This document shows positions 8,164-20,239 of a stretch of DNA of 35,212 nucleotides, piece after piece. How positions within the stretch are numbered: the stretch's first letter is position 1; each line of letters begins with the position of its first letter. The notes beneath the pieces were generated by a model that made no database searches, was not told the DNA's origin, and was given only the letters and a program-made list of their open reading frames with translations. This stretch comes from Myxococcota bacterium (lineage in GTDB: Bacteria > Myxococcota_A > Polyangia > Polyangiales > Sandaracinaceae). Location: NCBI GenBank assembly GCA_036149055.1, contig JAYZQJ010000002.1, positions 1 through 35,212 on the forward strand, given 5' to 3'. Made by a program: the position numbers and the translations under genes.

Positions 8164-11100
8164 ATGACCTCACCGCACCCGATGGCCCACCTGACGGGCG
8201 AGCGCTTCACCGTCGAGGCGCACCTCGGATCCGGAGGCATGGGCGTGGTGCTCCTGGCCCACGACCACCAGCGGGACATGCGCGTGGCGTTGAAGGTGCT
8301 CCCCGAGTTCGAGGCCGAGCACCTCGCTCGCTTCAAGAACGAGTTCCGCGCGGTCGCCGACATGGCCCACCCGAACCTGGTCGGCCTCTACGAGCTCTTC
8401 GTCGAGGACGCCCGCTGCTACTTCACGATGGAGCTCGTCGACGGCGTGCGCTTCGACGCGTGGACCGCCCGCGAGCCGCTCCCCGGCGGCGTCGATCCGC
8501 TCACCGCCAGCGCCAAGCGCCTCGCGCGCACCCGCCGCGATCTGCCCGACCGCGTCGACGCCTCGACGCCCTTCGACGCGCCCCGGCTCGGGCAGCCGCT
8601 CGCGGATCTGGATCGGCTGCGCGCCGCGACCGCCGGGCTCGTCGAGGGCGTCCGGGCGCTGCACGAGAGCGGCGCGCTCCACTGCGACCTCAAGCCCTCC
8701 AACGTCCTGGTCACCGAGACCGGGCGCGTCGTCATCCTCGACTTCGGCCTCGTGCGACGCCGCGGTCAGCTCGTCGACCTCGACGCCGACGTCGTCGAGG
8801 GCACGCCTGGCTACCTCGCGCCGGAGGTGGCCCAGGGGCGCGCGCGGTCCGAGGCCTCGGACTGGTACGCGGTCGGCGCGATGCTCTTCGCGGCCCTGAC
8901 CGGGCGGCTGCCGCTCGCGAGCGCGACCACCTACGCGATGATGCTGCGGCAGATGCAGGAGGACCCGCCGCGGCCCTCGGCGTTCGCGGACGGAGTCCCG
9001 CCGGAGCTCGACGACCTGGTGGTGGCGCTGCTGGCGCGGGACCCCGAGGCGCGGGCCGACGGGGCGGACGTGCAGCGCTGGCTGCGCGGCGCGGCGCTCC
9101 CGGCCTCGCCCGCCCGCTCGGCGCCGCCCTTCGTCGGCCGGGAGGCCGAGCTCGATCGCCTCGAGGCCGCGTTCGGCGAGGCGGCGCGCGGGCCGAAGAC
9201 GGTGCTGGTCGAGGGGGTCTCCGGCGTCGGCAAGAGCGCGCTGATCCAGCGCTTCCTCGATCGCCTCCGCGCCGAGGGCCGAGCCACCGTCTTCGCCGGC
9301 CGCTGCTACGAGCGGGAGGAGGTGCCCTTCAAGGCGCTGGACAGCGTGGTGGACGCGCTCGCCGCGCACCTGCTGCGGCTGCCGGCCAGTCGCCTCGTCG
9401 AGCTCGTCCCGCGCGAGGCGGGCGCGCTGGCGGTTCTCTTCCCGGTGCTGCGCGCCGTCGACGTGATCGCGGCGCTGCCCGCGCCCGATCCTTCGCTCGA
9501 GCCCGGCGACGTGCGCGCGATGGCCGCCGAGGCGGCGCGGGAGCTGCTCCGGCGGCTGTCCATGGAGCGCCCGCTGGTCGTGGCCATCGACGATCTGCAG
9601 TGGGGCGACGCCGACAGCGCGCAGCTCATCGCGGCGATGTTCGACCCGGCCTCGACCACCCGGCTGCTCCTCGTCGCGTCGGCCCGCGCCCCGGCCGACG
9701 AGGCCGAGCTGCTGCGGGTGGTGCGGAGCCGCCCGAGCTGCGAGGCGCTGCGGCTCGGTCCGCTCTCGGAGGCGGAGAGCGAGACCCTCTCCCGCACCGT
9801 GCTCGGCGACGACCCCAAGGCCGAGGCGATCGCGCGGCGCGCCGAGGGGCTCCCGTTCCTCGCCCTCGAGCTCGCGCGCTGGGCGGCCGAGCGGCGGGGA
9901 GCGACGCCGCCGACGGTGGACGAGGTGGTCGCCGAGCGCGCCGACGCGCTGGAGCCGGAGGCGCGGGCCCTGCTCGAGCTGTCGGCGCTGGCCGGCATCC
10001 CGCTCTCGCCCGCGTGTCTGGCGAAGGCGGCCGGGCTCGACGCCGATCCGCTCCCGCACCTCCGGGTGCTGACGGCGCGCTCGCTCCTCCGCGCCCAGGT
10101 GACGCGCGCGGTCGAGCCCTACCACGACCGCATCCGCGAGGTCGTCGCCGCCGGCATCGAGGACGCGCGCCGCGGGCCGCTCCATCTGGCGCTCGCCGAG
10201 GCGCTGGGCGCGGAGCGCGACGCGGACCCGGAGACGGTGGCCGACCACTTCGCGCGGGGCGGCGACCTCGATCGCGCCCTGCCCCTCCAGCTCGAGGCGG
10301 CGGCGCATGCGTCCGAGGCGCTCGCCTTCGCGCAGGCGGCGGCGCTGCTGACCCGGGCGAGCGGCTGGACGCTGCCGGCTCCCGCGCGGCTCGAGGTGCG
10401 GCGGCGGCTGGCGGACGCGCTGGTGCGGACCGGGCGGGCCCGCGACGCCGCGCCGCTCTACGCCGAGTGCGCCCGGGCCACGACCGACGACCGGGAGCGC
10501 GCCGCGCTCGAGCGCGAGGCCGCCGAGCAGTGGCTCAAGTGCGGCCAGATCGATCGCGGCATCGAGGCGCTGCGCGGCGTGCTCGACGAGGTCTCGCTCC
10601 GCTACCCGGACTCGCAGGGTGAGGCGCTGGCCCGCGCGCTGGTGCGCATCCTCCGGCTCCGCTTCACCGAGCCGCGCTGGGAGACGCGCGACGAGGCGCA
10701 GATCCCGCCGGCCGACCTCGCGCGGGTGGACGCGTCGCGCGCCGCCGGGGTCGGGCTGATGCTGGTCGACCCGCTGCGCGGCTACGGCTTCCTCGCGCGC
10801 TTCCTGCTCGACGCGCTCGCGGTGGGCGAGCCGCGGCGCATCGCGGCCGGCCTCTGCCTCAACGCCGTCACCCTCTGCCGGGGCGGAGAGCGCGGCTACC
10901 CCAAGGCGCGCCGCTGGCTGGGGCGCGCGAGAGAGATGGCCGAGGAGCTCGGCGACGCCTACCTGCGCGGGCTCGCCGACGCGTGCGAGGCCGGCATCTG
11001 CGTGACCACCGGGCGCTGGGCCGAGGCGGCGGAGCTCGGTCTGGCCGCGCCGCCGCAGCTCCGGGCCCAGGGCGCGCCGGCCGGCTGGGAGTCCACCGCC

Positions 11101-11802
11101 GCGGTCTCGCTCGCGCGCACCGGGATGATGTTCGCGGGCGACCTCGCGCGGCTGCGCCCGCTGGTCGAGCGGCACGCACGCGCGGCCGAGGAGGTCGGCG
11201 ATCGTTTCGCCGGCACCTACGCCACGGTGCACGGCTGGTTCACCGCGGCGATGGACGACGACTGCGAGGCCGGCCGGCGGAGGATCGGCGAGAGCCTCGC
11301 CCGCTGGTCTCACCTCGGCTTCCACGCGGTGCACTTCTGGGGCCTCTACGGCGAGCTCCAGTACGACCTCTACGAAGGCCGCCCCGCCCGGGGGCTCGCG
11401 AGGCTCGACGCGGCCGCACCCGCGCTCCGCCGCTCGCGCATCCTCTCGATGCAGTTCTATCGCCTGCTCCTGCTCGCCACCGAGGCCTCGCTCGCGCTCG
11501 GGGCCGGCGATCGCCGCCGCGCCGCCTCCCGCGCCCGGACCCTGCGCCGCGCCGGGCCCGCCTACGCCGACGCGCTCGGCCTCGCGACCGAGAGCGGGCT
11601 CGAGCGCGATCGATCGCGGGCGCGCGCCAAGGCCCGGGCCGCCGCCGACGCGTTCGAGGGCTGCGGCATGCGCCTGCACGCCCACGCGGCGCGGGCGAGC
11701 GTCGGCGACGACGGCCACGCGGAGATGGCCGCGCTCGGCATCCGGCGGCCCGAGCGCTGGGCCCAGCTGGTCGTCCCTGCAACGGGATTGAACGGCGCCT
11801 GA
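8164..11802 (+). CDS. Ser/Thr protein kinase fused to a STAND/AAA_16-type ATPase and a helical (TPR-like) C-terminus
   Basis: LGSGGMGVV, VALKVL, HPNLVGLYE, HCDLKPSNVL, DFG, GTPGYLAPE, SDWYAVG; FVGREAEL, Walker A GVSGVGKS, Walker B VAIDDLQWGD, EGLPFLALEL, PYHDRIRE. Start ATG 8164 (8182 possible). Confidence 0.9.
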   Translation: MTSPHPMAHLTGERFTVEAHLGSGGMGVVLLAHDHQRDMRVALKVLPEFEAEHLARFKNEFRAVADMAHPNLVGLYELFVEDARCYFTMELVDGVRFDAWTAREPLPGGVDPLTASAKRLARTRRDLPDRVDASTPFDAPRLGQPLADLDRLRAATAGLVEGVRALHESGALHCDLKPSNVLVTETGRVVILDFGLVRRRGQLVDLDADVVEGTPGYLAPEVAQGRARSEASDWYAVGAMLFAALTGRLPLASATTYAMMLRQMQEDPPRPSAFADGVPPELDDLVVALLARDPEARADGADVQRWLRGAALPASPARSAPPFVGREAELDRLEAAFGEAARGPKTVLVEGVSGVGKSALIQRFLDRLRAEGRATVFAGRCYEREEVPFKALDSVVDALAAHLLRLPASRLVELVPREAGALAVLFPVLRAVDVIAALPAPDPSLEPGDVRAMAAEAARELLRRLSMERPLVVAIDDLQWGDADSAQLIAAMFDPASTTRLLLVASARAPADEAELLRVVRSRPSCEALRLGPLSEAESETLSRTVLGDDPKAEAIARRAEGLPFLALELARWAAERRGATPPTVDEVVAERADALEPEARALLELSALAGIPLSPACLAKAAGLDADPLPHLRVLTARSLLRAQVTRAVEPYHDRIREVVAAGIEDARRGPLHLALAEALGAERDADPETVADHFARGGDLDRALPLQLEAAAHASEALAFAQAAALLTRASGWTLPAPARLEVRRRLADALVRTGRARDAAPLYAECARATTDDRERAALEREAAEQWLKCGQIDRGIEALRGVLDEVSLRYPDSQGEALARALVRILRLRFTEPRWETRDEAQIPPADLARVDASRAAGVGLMLVDPLRGYGFLARFLLDALAVGEPRRIAAGLCLNAVTLCRGGERGYPKARRWLGRAREMAEELGDAYLRGLADACEAGICVTTGRWAEAAELGLAAPPQLRAQGAPAGWESTAAVSLARTGMMFAGDLARLRPLVERHARAAEEVGDRFAGTYATVHGWFTAAMDDDCEAGRRRIGESLARWSHLGFHAVHFWGLYGELQYDLYEGRPARGLARLDAAAPALRRSRILSMQFYRLLLLATEASLALGAGDRRRAASRARTLRRAGPAYADALGLATESGLERDRSRARAKARAAADAFEGCGMRLHAHAARASVGDDGHAEMAALGIRRPERWAQLVVPATGLNGA

Positions 11803-11856
11803 AACACCGGTGAACGGCATTCGATCGCCGCGGCCCACTTTGTTCGGCTCGGCCGC

Positions 11857-11873
11857 CGGGCGCGTGTCATGCA
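11857..11873 (+). promoter_or_regulatory. Possible sigma54 -24/-12 promoter of the molybdoenzyme operon
   Basis: cgGGcgcgtgtcatGCa has exact GG-N10-GC spacing about 30 bp upstream of GTG 11902; imperfect match to TGGCACG-N4-TTGC. Confidence 0.3.
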
Positions 11874-11901
11874 GTGCGTCCCAGCACGGCGAGAGGGACG
11901 C

Positions 11902-13493
11902 GTGAACTACGGCTTCGTCATCGACAACCGCGCCTGCATCGGGTGCCACGCCTGCAGCACCGCCTGCAAGAGCGAGAACGAGGTGCCCCTCGGCGTCGCC
12001 CGGACCTGGGTGAAGTACACCGAGACGGGCACCTTCCCCGACACCCAGCGGCACTTCCAGGTGACGCGGTGCAATCACTGCGCGAACCCGCCGTGCGTGC
12101 GCATCTGCCCGACCGCGGCGATGTACCAGCGCGACGACGGCATCGTGGAGTTCGACGGCGACGCCTGCATCGGCTGCAAGGCGTGCATGCAGGCGTGCCC
12201 CTACGACGCGATCTACATCGACCCCGAGACGCACACGGCCGCGAAGTGCCACTACTGCGCGCACAAGGTCGACCTCGGGCTCGAGCCGGCGTGCGCGGTC
12301 GTCTGCCCGACCCACGCCATCCTCGCCGGCGACCTCGACGACCCGGAGTCGGAGATCGCGCGGGTGCTCTCGCGCGAGAAGGTGTCGGTCCGCAAGCCCG
12401 AGCAGGGCACCGCGCCCAAGGTCTTCTACATCGAAGGCGCGGCGGTGAACCTGGTGCCGACCGCGACCGAGCGCGCACCCGAGAGCTTCGCCTTCGCCGA
12501 CGTGATGGCGGCCGCGCCCGAGGATCGGCCGGCCACCGCGCCCGGGCCGCAGCCGCAGGGACTCCCCTCCGGCGGGCCGATCACCATGGGCCGCACCCGC
12601 GCCGAGCACATGGTGCAGGTCGGCTACAACCAGCAGCATCAGGTGCCGTGGCACTGGCCGGTGCCCGCCTACCTGGTGACCAAGGGCGTCGGCGCCGGGG
12701 TCTTCGGGCTGCTCGCGCTCGCGTTCCTGCTCGGGATCGACTTCGACCCGCTGACCGCGGTGGTCGGCGGGCTGGTCGCGCTCGTCGGCATGGCGGCCAC
12801 CACCGCGCTGCTCGTCTACGACCTCGATCAGCCCAAGCGCTTCCTCTACATCCTGATGCGGCCGCAGTGGCGCTCCTGGCTCGCCCGCGGCTCGCTCTTC
12901 CTCATCGGCTTCTCCACCCTCGCCGGCGCCTGGTGGGCGCTCGAGACGGCGGCGTGGCTGGGCTTCGCGCCGGCGTCGGTCGCCGCGACCGCGCGGCCGA
13001 TCCTGCTCGTCACCGGGCTGCCGCTCGCGCTCGGGGCGGCCGTCTACACCGCCTTCCTCTTCGCCCAGGCCGAGGGCCGCGATCTCTGGCAGAGCCCGCT
13101 CCTGCCCTTCCACCTCGTGGTGCAGGCGGCGGTGATGGGCGGCGCGACCGTGTTGATCATGGACGCCGGCATGGCGCTGCCGGCCGGGCTCGGCTCCGTC
13201 GCCCTCTGGACGCTCGCGATCGGGCTCGGGCTCGACGCCTTCTTGCTCCTCTTCGGCGAGCTCGGCACGAGCCACGCGAGCGAGGTCGCGGCCCGCGCGG
13301 CGCACCGGATCACCCACGGCCCGTGGCGCACGCTCTACTGGGGCGGCGCGATCGGGCTCGGCCACGCGCTGCCCCTCGCCCTGCTCGCGATGCCCTCGCC
13401 GCTCGCCCACGCCGCCGCCGGGGTCTGCGCGGTGGTCGGCCTCTACTGCTACGAGCACGCCTTCGTCATGGCCCCGCAAGAGATCCCGAACTC

Positions 13494-13497
<4 letters not shown>
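11902..13497 (+). CDS. Fusion of a four-cluster Fe-S protein (PsrB/DmsB/NrfC-like) with a NrfD/PsrC-type membrane anchor
   Basis: SD gagaggg and GTG; NYGFVIDNRACIGCHACSTACK, CNHCANPPCVRICP, CIGCKACMQACPY, KCHYC...PACAVVCP (16 Cys); then about 8 TM helices with NrfD signatures WHWPVPAYL, DLDQPKRF, SWLARGS, YTAFLF...RDLW. Confidence 0.92.
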
Positions 13498-16478
<2,981 letters not shown>

Positions 16479-16482
16479 ACGC

Positions 16483-17421
16483 ATGGATCCCTCCTCGCGC
16501 GCGCAGGCGCGCTCGCTCGGATACGCCCTGCTCGCGGAGCTGCTCGAGCGCGGAGTCACGGACGCGACGCGCGACGCGGCGACGGTGAGCGACGCGATGG
16601 CGGCCGCGATCGAGGCTGGTGACGCGGACGGGCTCGCCGCCGATCACGAGCGCGCGTTCGGCTGGGCCGCGCCGCCCCTCGCCGGCTTCTACCTCGACCC
16701 CGAGCGGCTGGTCGGCGGACCGCGCACCGACGCGCTCCTCGCGCTCTTCGACGCGGCCGGCTACGCGCCCGACCTGCGCAGCCGCGACGCCGAGCACCTC
16801 TCGGTCACGCTCCGCGCGCTCGCGTTCCTGAGCGGCGCCGAGGCCGACGCCCGGGAGGACGGCCACGAGGGCGCGGTCGAGCGGGTCGAGGCCCTGGCGC
16901 GCCGCCTCCTCGACGAGCACGTGCTGCGGTGGCTGCCGATCTTCGCGCTCGCGGTGCGGCGGACCGCGCTCGCCTTCCCGGTGGCGCTGGTGGACGAGCT
17001 CGAGGCGCTGATCGGCAGCCACCGCGAGGCGCTCCCGGGGGCCACGCCGGCCTTCGCGCTGCCCGACGCGCCGCCCCTGCTCGAAGACGACGAGACTGGC
17101 CTCCGCGAGATCGGGGCCTACCTGTCGGCTCCGGCGCACGCGGGCTTCGTGCTCACGCGCGAAGACGTCGCGCGTCTCGGCCGCGGGCTGAACGTGCCTC
17201 GCGGCTTCGGGGATCGTACACAGCTCATCGTGAATCTCCTCCGCAGCGCGGCGCGCTTCGACGCCCTCGACGCGCTCCTCGAGGCGCTCGAGGGCGAGGC
17301 GGCGGACCAGCGCGATCGGCTGACGTCGTGGGGTCCGGCCACGACTGCGTGGCGGGGACGGATCGACGAGACGCTCTCGATCCTGCGCGCGCTCCGCGAG
17401 CGAGCCGGAGCCCTGCCGTGA
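16483..17421 (+). CDS. TorD/DmsD-family redox enzyme maturation chaperone with C-terminal extension
   Basis: DHERAFG..PPLAGFYL, AEHLSVTLRALAFL, LLDEHVLRWLPIFA motifs; starts 4 bp after the catalytic subunit stop; 312 aa. Confidence 0.82.
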   Translation: MDPSSRAQARSLGYALLAELLERGVTDATRDAATVSDAMAAAIEAGDADGLAADHERAFGWAAPPLAGFYLDPERLVGGPRTDALLALFDAAGYAPDLRSRDAEHLSVTLRALAFLSGAEADAREDGHEGAVERVEALARRLLDEHVLRWLPIFALAVRRTALAFPVALVDELEALIGSHREALPGATPAFALPDAPPLLEDDETGLREIGAYLSAPAHAGFVLTREDVARLGRGLNVPRGFGDRTQLIVNLLRSAARFDALDALLEALEGEAADQRDRLTSWGPATTAWRGRIDETLSILRALRERAGALP

Positions 17422-19226
17422 GCGAGGCGAACGGCTGGCGCGAGCGGCTCTTCCCGTTCGTCGACCTCGCCGGCTACGACCGCGAGGCGCTGCTCCACGA
17501 CCTCAGCGCCTCGGCCACCGTGACCTTCATGGGCATCCCGCAGGGCGTCGCCTACGCGGTGATCGCCGGCCTGCCTCCGGCGATGGGCCTCTACGCCTCC
17601 TGCATCCCGGTCATCGTCGGCTCGTTCTTCCGCTCCTCGCGCCACGTGGTCACCGGGCCGACCAACGCGGTCTCGCTCCTGGTCGGCACCGCGATCGCGG
17701 CCGCCGCCGGCACCGACGTCGTCGGCACCGCCCTCCTGCTCGCGTTCCTGGTCGGCGGCATCCAGCTCGCGGCCGGCCTGCTCCGCCTCGGCGTGATCGT
17801 CGACTACATCTCGACCCCGGTCGTCATCGGCTACATCACCGGGGCCGGCATCCTCATCGGCATCGGCCAGCTGCCGAACCTCACCGAGACCGCCGGCGCG
17901 AGCGGCAACGCGTTCCGCAAGATCACCGTCTGGGCCTCGCACGCGGCCGAGGCGAACTACGCGGCCCTCGCGATCGCGGGCCTGACCGCGCTCGGCATCG
18001 TCGGCCTCCGGCGCTGGAAGCGCGGCCTGCCGGGCGCGGTGATCGTGCTCTCGGTGATGACGGTCGCGAGCTTCCTCTTCGACTTCCGCGCGCTCGGCCT
18101 GCGCCGCATCGCCGACCTCGCCCGCGTGCCCACCGGGCTGCCGCCGCTGACCTTGCCGGGGAGCGACTGGAGCTTCGACGACGCGATGACGCTCCTGCCG
18201 ATCGCGGTCGCGGTCACCGTGCTCTCGCTCGTCGAGTCGTCCGCGCTCGCCCGCGCCATCAGCGCCCGGAGCGGCCAGCGCCTCGAGCTGTCCACCGAGT
18301 TCGCCGGCCAGGGCCTCGCCAACCTCGCGGCCTCGTTCTTCGGCGGCTACCCGTGCAGCGGCAGCCTCTCGCGCTCGGCCATCAACCACCAGAGCGGCGC
18401 CGAGACCCGCCTCGCCGGCGTCTACAGCGGCGTGCTCATGATCGTCGCGCTCCTGCTCATCGGCCCGGCGGTGAACTTCACCCCGATCGCGGCCCTCGCC
18501 GGGCTCCTGCTGGTGGTCGCGGTCGACCTCGTCGACTGGCGGCGCATCCGCCGCATCCTGCGCGGCCGCCCCTCGGACGCGGCGGCGTTCCTGATCACGG
18601 TGGCCGGCACCTGGGTGCTCCGGCTCGACCACGCCATCTACGTCGGCGTCGTGGTGAGCCTCGTCCTCTACCTGCGGCGCTCGCGCATCCTCACCGTGCA
18701 CCACGTCGTCTTCGACGAGATGGGCCGCGTCTTCGAGCTGCAGTTCGACGACCCCAAGGGCGAGGAGCTCGCCTGCAGCCGCATCCGGATCATCAACGTC
18801 GAGGGTCAGCTCTTCTTCGGCGCGGCCGGCGAGCTGACCGAGGCGCTCGAGGCGCAGATCAACCACAAGGCGATCAAGGCGGTGGTGCTCCGGCTACGCC
18901 GCGCGCGCAGCATGGACGTGACCACGGTGGCCATCCTCGAGGCCGCGGCCGCCCGCATGGCCGCCGAGGGGCGTCACCTCTACCTCTGCGGCATGCGCAA
19001 GAAGGCCGACGAGCTGCTCGAGCGGACGGGGGCCAAGGAGCGCATCGGCGAGGACCACGTCATCCCCACCAAGAGCACGCTCACCTGGTTCGAGGCGGCC
19101 GACGTCGCCCTCGCCCGGGCGCTCGAGGAGATCGGCGAGCACGACTGCGGCGACGAGTGCCCGGTGGTGCGTCACCTCGAGACGCACGACTTCACGCCGA
19201 TCTCTGCACCGAACGCGGCGCAATGA
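17418..19226 (+). CDS. sulP: SulP/SLC26 family anion transporter with C-terminal STAS domain
   Basis: GIPQGVAYAVIAGLPPAMGLYAS, SSRHVVTGPT, EFAGQGLANL, GSLSRSAIN; STAS GQLFFGAA...MDVTTVAIL. GTG 17418 overlaps the chaperone TGA. Confidence 0.92.
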   Translation: MSEANGWRERLFPFVDLAGYDREALLHDLSASATVTFMGIPQGVAYAVIAGLPPAMGLYASCIPVIVGSFFRSSRHVVTGPTNAVSLLVGTAIAAAAGTDVVGTALLLAFLVGGIQLAAGLLRLGVIVDYISTPVVIGYITGAGILIGIGQLPNLTETAGASGNAFRKITVWASHAAEANYAALAIAGLTALGIVGLRRWKRGLPGAVIVLSVMTVASFLFDFRALGLRRIADLARVPTGLPPLTLPGSDWSFDDAMTLLPIAVAVTVLSLVESSALARAISARSGQRLELSTEFAGQGLANLAASFFGGYPCSGSLSRSAINHQSGAETRLAGVYSGVLMIVALLLIGPAVNFTPIAALAGLLLVVAVDLVDWRRIRRILRGRPSDAAAFLITVAGTWVLRLDHAIYVGVVVSLVLYLRRSRILTVHHVVFDEMGRVFELQFDDPKGEELACSRIRIINVEGQLFFGAAGELTEALEAQINHKAIKAVVLRLRRARSMDVTTVAILEAAAARMAAEGRHLYLCGMRKKADELLERTGAKERIGEDHVIPTKSTLTWFEAADVALARALEEIGEHDCGDECPVVRHLETHDFTPISAPNAAQ

Positions 19227-19782
19227 ACGCGCGCACGACGTAGTGCAGCACCGACACGGCGCCGAGGAACGCGACGCCCATCGCCATCTCGCCCAGCAGC
19301 GGGTGGCCGACGAAGCCGAGGATGAGCGCCGAGAACTGCGCGAGCGTCGCCGCCTTGCCGGGCACCCCGGCGGTGAAGTCCACCCGGCTGCGCTGCGCCT
19401 CGGGCGCGAAGCGATAGACGATCATCAGCGGCGCGAGCAGCAGCTCCCGGGTCAGCAGCGCGACGACGATCCAGAGCGGCGGCTGATGCACGAAGAAGAG
19501 CGCGCTCACCGCCGACGCCACGAAGATCTTGTCGGCGAGCCCGTCGAGCGCCGCCCCGCGCGCCACCGACGCAGCGAACGCGCCGCGATCCGACGCCGCC
19601 CAGCGCCGCGCCGCCCACCGACGCATCACCCAGCCGTCGGCGAGGTCGGTGATCCCGGCGACGCCGAGCACCGCCAGGACCCAGAGCGGGGACTCCGGCG
19701 CGACCCAGATCAACCCGGCGAGCGGCACCCGCGAGAGGCTCAGCGTATTGGCCACGATCCGGCCGCTGTCTTCGCGGGTCAT
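19192..19782 (-). CDS. CDP-alcohol phosphatidyltransferase (PgsA-like)
   Basis: ANTLSLSRVPL, TDLADGWVMR...GAALDGLADK, LLTRELL, GKAATLAQ. ATG 19782; overlaps the sulP 3' end by 35 bp. Confidence 0.85.
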   Translation of the reverse strand: MTREDSGRIVANTLSLSRVPLAGLIWVAPESPLWVLAVLGVAGITDLADGWVMRRWAARRWAASDRGAFAASVARGAALDGLADKIFVASAVSALFFVHQPPLWIVVALLTRELLLAPLMIVYRFAPEAQRSRVDFTAGVPGKAATLAQFSALILGFVGHPLLGEMAMGVAFLGAVSVLHYVVRAFIAPRSVQRSA

Positions 19783-19854
19783 CGTAAAGGACGTAATCGC
19801 AGCGGAAGAAAATACGAACCGCGGCAAGTTGGGCCCCTTCCTTCGAGGTGTTGG

Positions 19855-20006
19855 CTCTCGCAAAGCCGCAAAGCCGCAAAGAGGGACATGGCGCCGGGAT
19901 GGAGCCTCGCCGCCAGCTCCACCCCGGCCGGTCAGACCGTCACCCTGCCGGCCCCCCTCCATCCCGCGGCCCCCAACCCCTTTGCGGCTTGGCGGCTTTG
20001 CGAGAG
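19855..20006. repeat. 27-bp inverted repeat built from tandem GCAAAGCC units (REPIN/MITE-like)
   Basis: Left arm ctctcgcaaagccgcaaagccgcaaag (19855-19881); right arm ctttgcggcttggcggctttgcgagag (19980-20006); 26/27 complementary with a 98-bp spacer. Confidence 0.8.
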
Positions 20007-20114
20007 TGATTTCCCTCCCGATCAGAGGCACTGCGGGACGGAGGCTCGCCGCAGGGTCCGACCCGGCCCCCTTCTGCGTGAGTAATTTCTTCCCTCCCGT
20101 TCAGAGGCAGTGCG
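19999..20114 (+). repeat. Two-copy imperfect direct repeat of 37-40 bp
   Basis: tgcgagagtgat---ttccctcccgatcagaggcactgcg (19999-20035) versus tgcgtgagtaatttcttccctcccgttcagaggcagtgcg (20075-20114). Confidence 0.75.
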
Positions 20115-20239
20115 CCACGAACGCGCCTCGCCAAAACGCCCCAGCGTAGCGCCGCACCACGGGGGGACTCGACGCGCCGCTCCGAGATCGAGCGCCGGCA
20201 CGGATCTGGAAATCGCGGACGGCCGGAGGAACATCGATC

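Noticed and set aside
11874..13493. Apparent 1534-aa ORF suggesting a giant catalytic subunit
   Set aside because: The first 540 codons are an off-frame shadow of the FeS-NrfD gene; the credible start is the coupled GTG at 13494 or ATG at 13608.
19999..20114. Repeat-spacer-repeat pattern as a mini CRISPR array
   Set aside because: Only two imperfect copies with an indel, no cas genes, and the first copy overlaps an inverted-repeat element.
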